64,000 nucleotides of DNA from Candidatus Woesearchaeota archaeon (GTDB lineage Archaea > Nanobdellota > Nanobdellia > SCGC-AAA011-G17 > UBA489). Made by a program: the position numbers and the translations under genes. The DNA lies in contig CAYITG010000001.1 in the NCBI GenBank assembly GCA_964366415.1, positions 387,203 through 451,202 of the forward strand. Reading direction: 5' to 3'. Below, piece by piece: positions 63,381 to 64,000 of the stretch (position 1 is the stretch's first letter; every line of letters begins with the position of its first letter). The notes below the pieces were generated by a model that was not told the DNA's origin, made no database searches, and worked only from the letters and a program-made list of their open reading frames with translations.

Positions 63381-64000
63381 TTATTGAGAGCTTGTACTTA
63401 CCGTATTAGGTGACCGTGATACTCCGCTTTGTGCATTTATCCATGTACTTGCTGTTGGTGTTCCTGGCAATCCACTTTTTGTATAATGATATGATGTGGG
63501 CGGATGCCAAACATATGTTGAGTGGTCTGGTCCATATGACTTATGAGTACTTTCTCCTTTAGCATTATGTACGGGCACTGGAGGAAGGTATTCTGTTACC
63601 GTATGACCTTCAGGATTATCTGCAGGACCATGATAATGCAATTCTGGGTCTATTACTATTGTTGTTGCGAGTTCTGGTGGTTTTTTGATATGAAGATTTG
63701 ATTGATCTGGCGGAACTGCCTTTGATTCATCTGGAGGAATTTGTTGGTGGACCCATCCTGCAGGATGATATGTTGACGCATCTGGGCCAGAATAAGTGTA
63801 ATGATGCCAATCGCTTGGAACGAATTGTGACCAATCTGGGCCAGAATTACTTGCGTGTTGTGAATTTGGAGGAATGTATGTTGTAGCGTCCGGTCCATTT
63901 GGAATTCCATTACTCAAATGAGTTGTTCCTTCTGGCATTGCGGATGATGCTTGCGAACCAAACCCCATGTGCATTTGTCCCGTATCACCATTATAGAGTA
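63381..64000 (-). CDS. Repeat protein with G-P-D-x-S-T-Y modules, N-terminus outside the window
   Basis: Repeated GPDATTYIPP, GPDWSQFVP, GPDASTYHPAGW and GPDHSTYVWHPP motifs; the frame stays open to the window edge upstream of the annotated Met. Confidence 0.35.
   Translation of the reverse strand, partial: LYNGDTGQMHMGFGSQASSAMPEGTTHLSNGIPNGPDATTYIPPNSQHASNSGPDWSQFVPSDWHHYTYSGPDASTYHPAGWVHQQIPPDESKAVPPDQSNLHIKKPPELATTIVIDPELHYHGPADNPEGHTVTEYLPPVPVHNAKGESTHKSYGPDHSTYVWHPPTSYHYTKSGLPGTPTASTWINAQSGVSRSPNTVSTSSQ

Noticed and set aside
1-64000. Searched for CRISPR arrays, rRNA genes, transposases and integrases.
   Set aside because: No direct-repeat arrays, no rRNA-like conserved segments, and no tyrosine or serine recombinase or DDE motifs were seen. 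The only mobile-type genes are the LAGLIDADG paralogs.

Overview
This is an archaeal chromosomal segment, about 38% GC, with Shine-Dalgarno-like motifs (GGAGG or GGTGA) ahead of many starts. Gene content points to a small-genome, DPANN-like archaeon: Alba, archaeal histone, aIF5A, SUI1, Spt5, prefoldin alpha and beta, Dph2, Hjc, Rpp29, FtsZ plus SepF, and a fused primase.

The core of the window (28.2-42.9 kb, minus strand) is the conserved ribosomal protein superoperon: L3-L4-L23-L2-S19-L22-S3-L29-SUI1-Rpp29-S17-L14-L24-S4e-L5-S14-S8-L6-L32e-L19e-L18-S5-L30-L15-SecY-DUF106-L34e-L14e-PfdA. A second conserved block is SecE-Spt5-L11-tRNA-Pro-L37ae-RpoP-PfdB-UPF0147 (4.1-6.8 kb). Other housekeeping genes include GlyRS, MetRS with a separately encoded tRNA-binding domain, Dus, CutA, HIT, a CPA2 antiporter, M23 peptidase, a Trm11-like methyltransferase and a eukaryotic-type Ser/Thr kinase.

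Three things stand out:
- The Alba gene is interrupted by a 31-nt hairpin-forming insertion. Removing it restores the conserved Alba sequence exactly, so a spliced mini-intron in the mRNA is a candidate.
- Between 44.5 and 56 kb, three paralogous double-LAGLIDADG proteins (two with an N-terminal HTH) each sit directly beside tRNA genes.
- Several tRNAs carry introns at non-canonical positions: Gln with two introns, Asn with an anticodon-stem intron, Ala(CGC) with a T-arm intron, and a 157-nt chimeric Val-like tRNA.

Also notable: an in-frame TGA inside cytidylate kinase while TGA is a normal stop elsewhere; a PriS-PriL primase fusion; lysine/alanine/glutamate-rich tails on several ribosomal proteins; a cluster of large secreted Cys-rich surface proteins (21-26 kb and 57-64 kb); and three genes under 60 aa (L40e, RpoP, a histone-fold-like protein) that the ORF track misses. 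I found no CRISPR arrays, rRNA genes or transposases.
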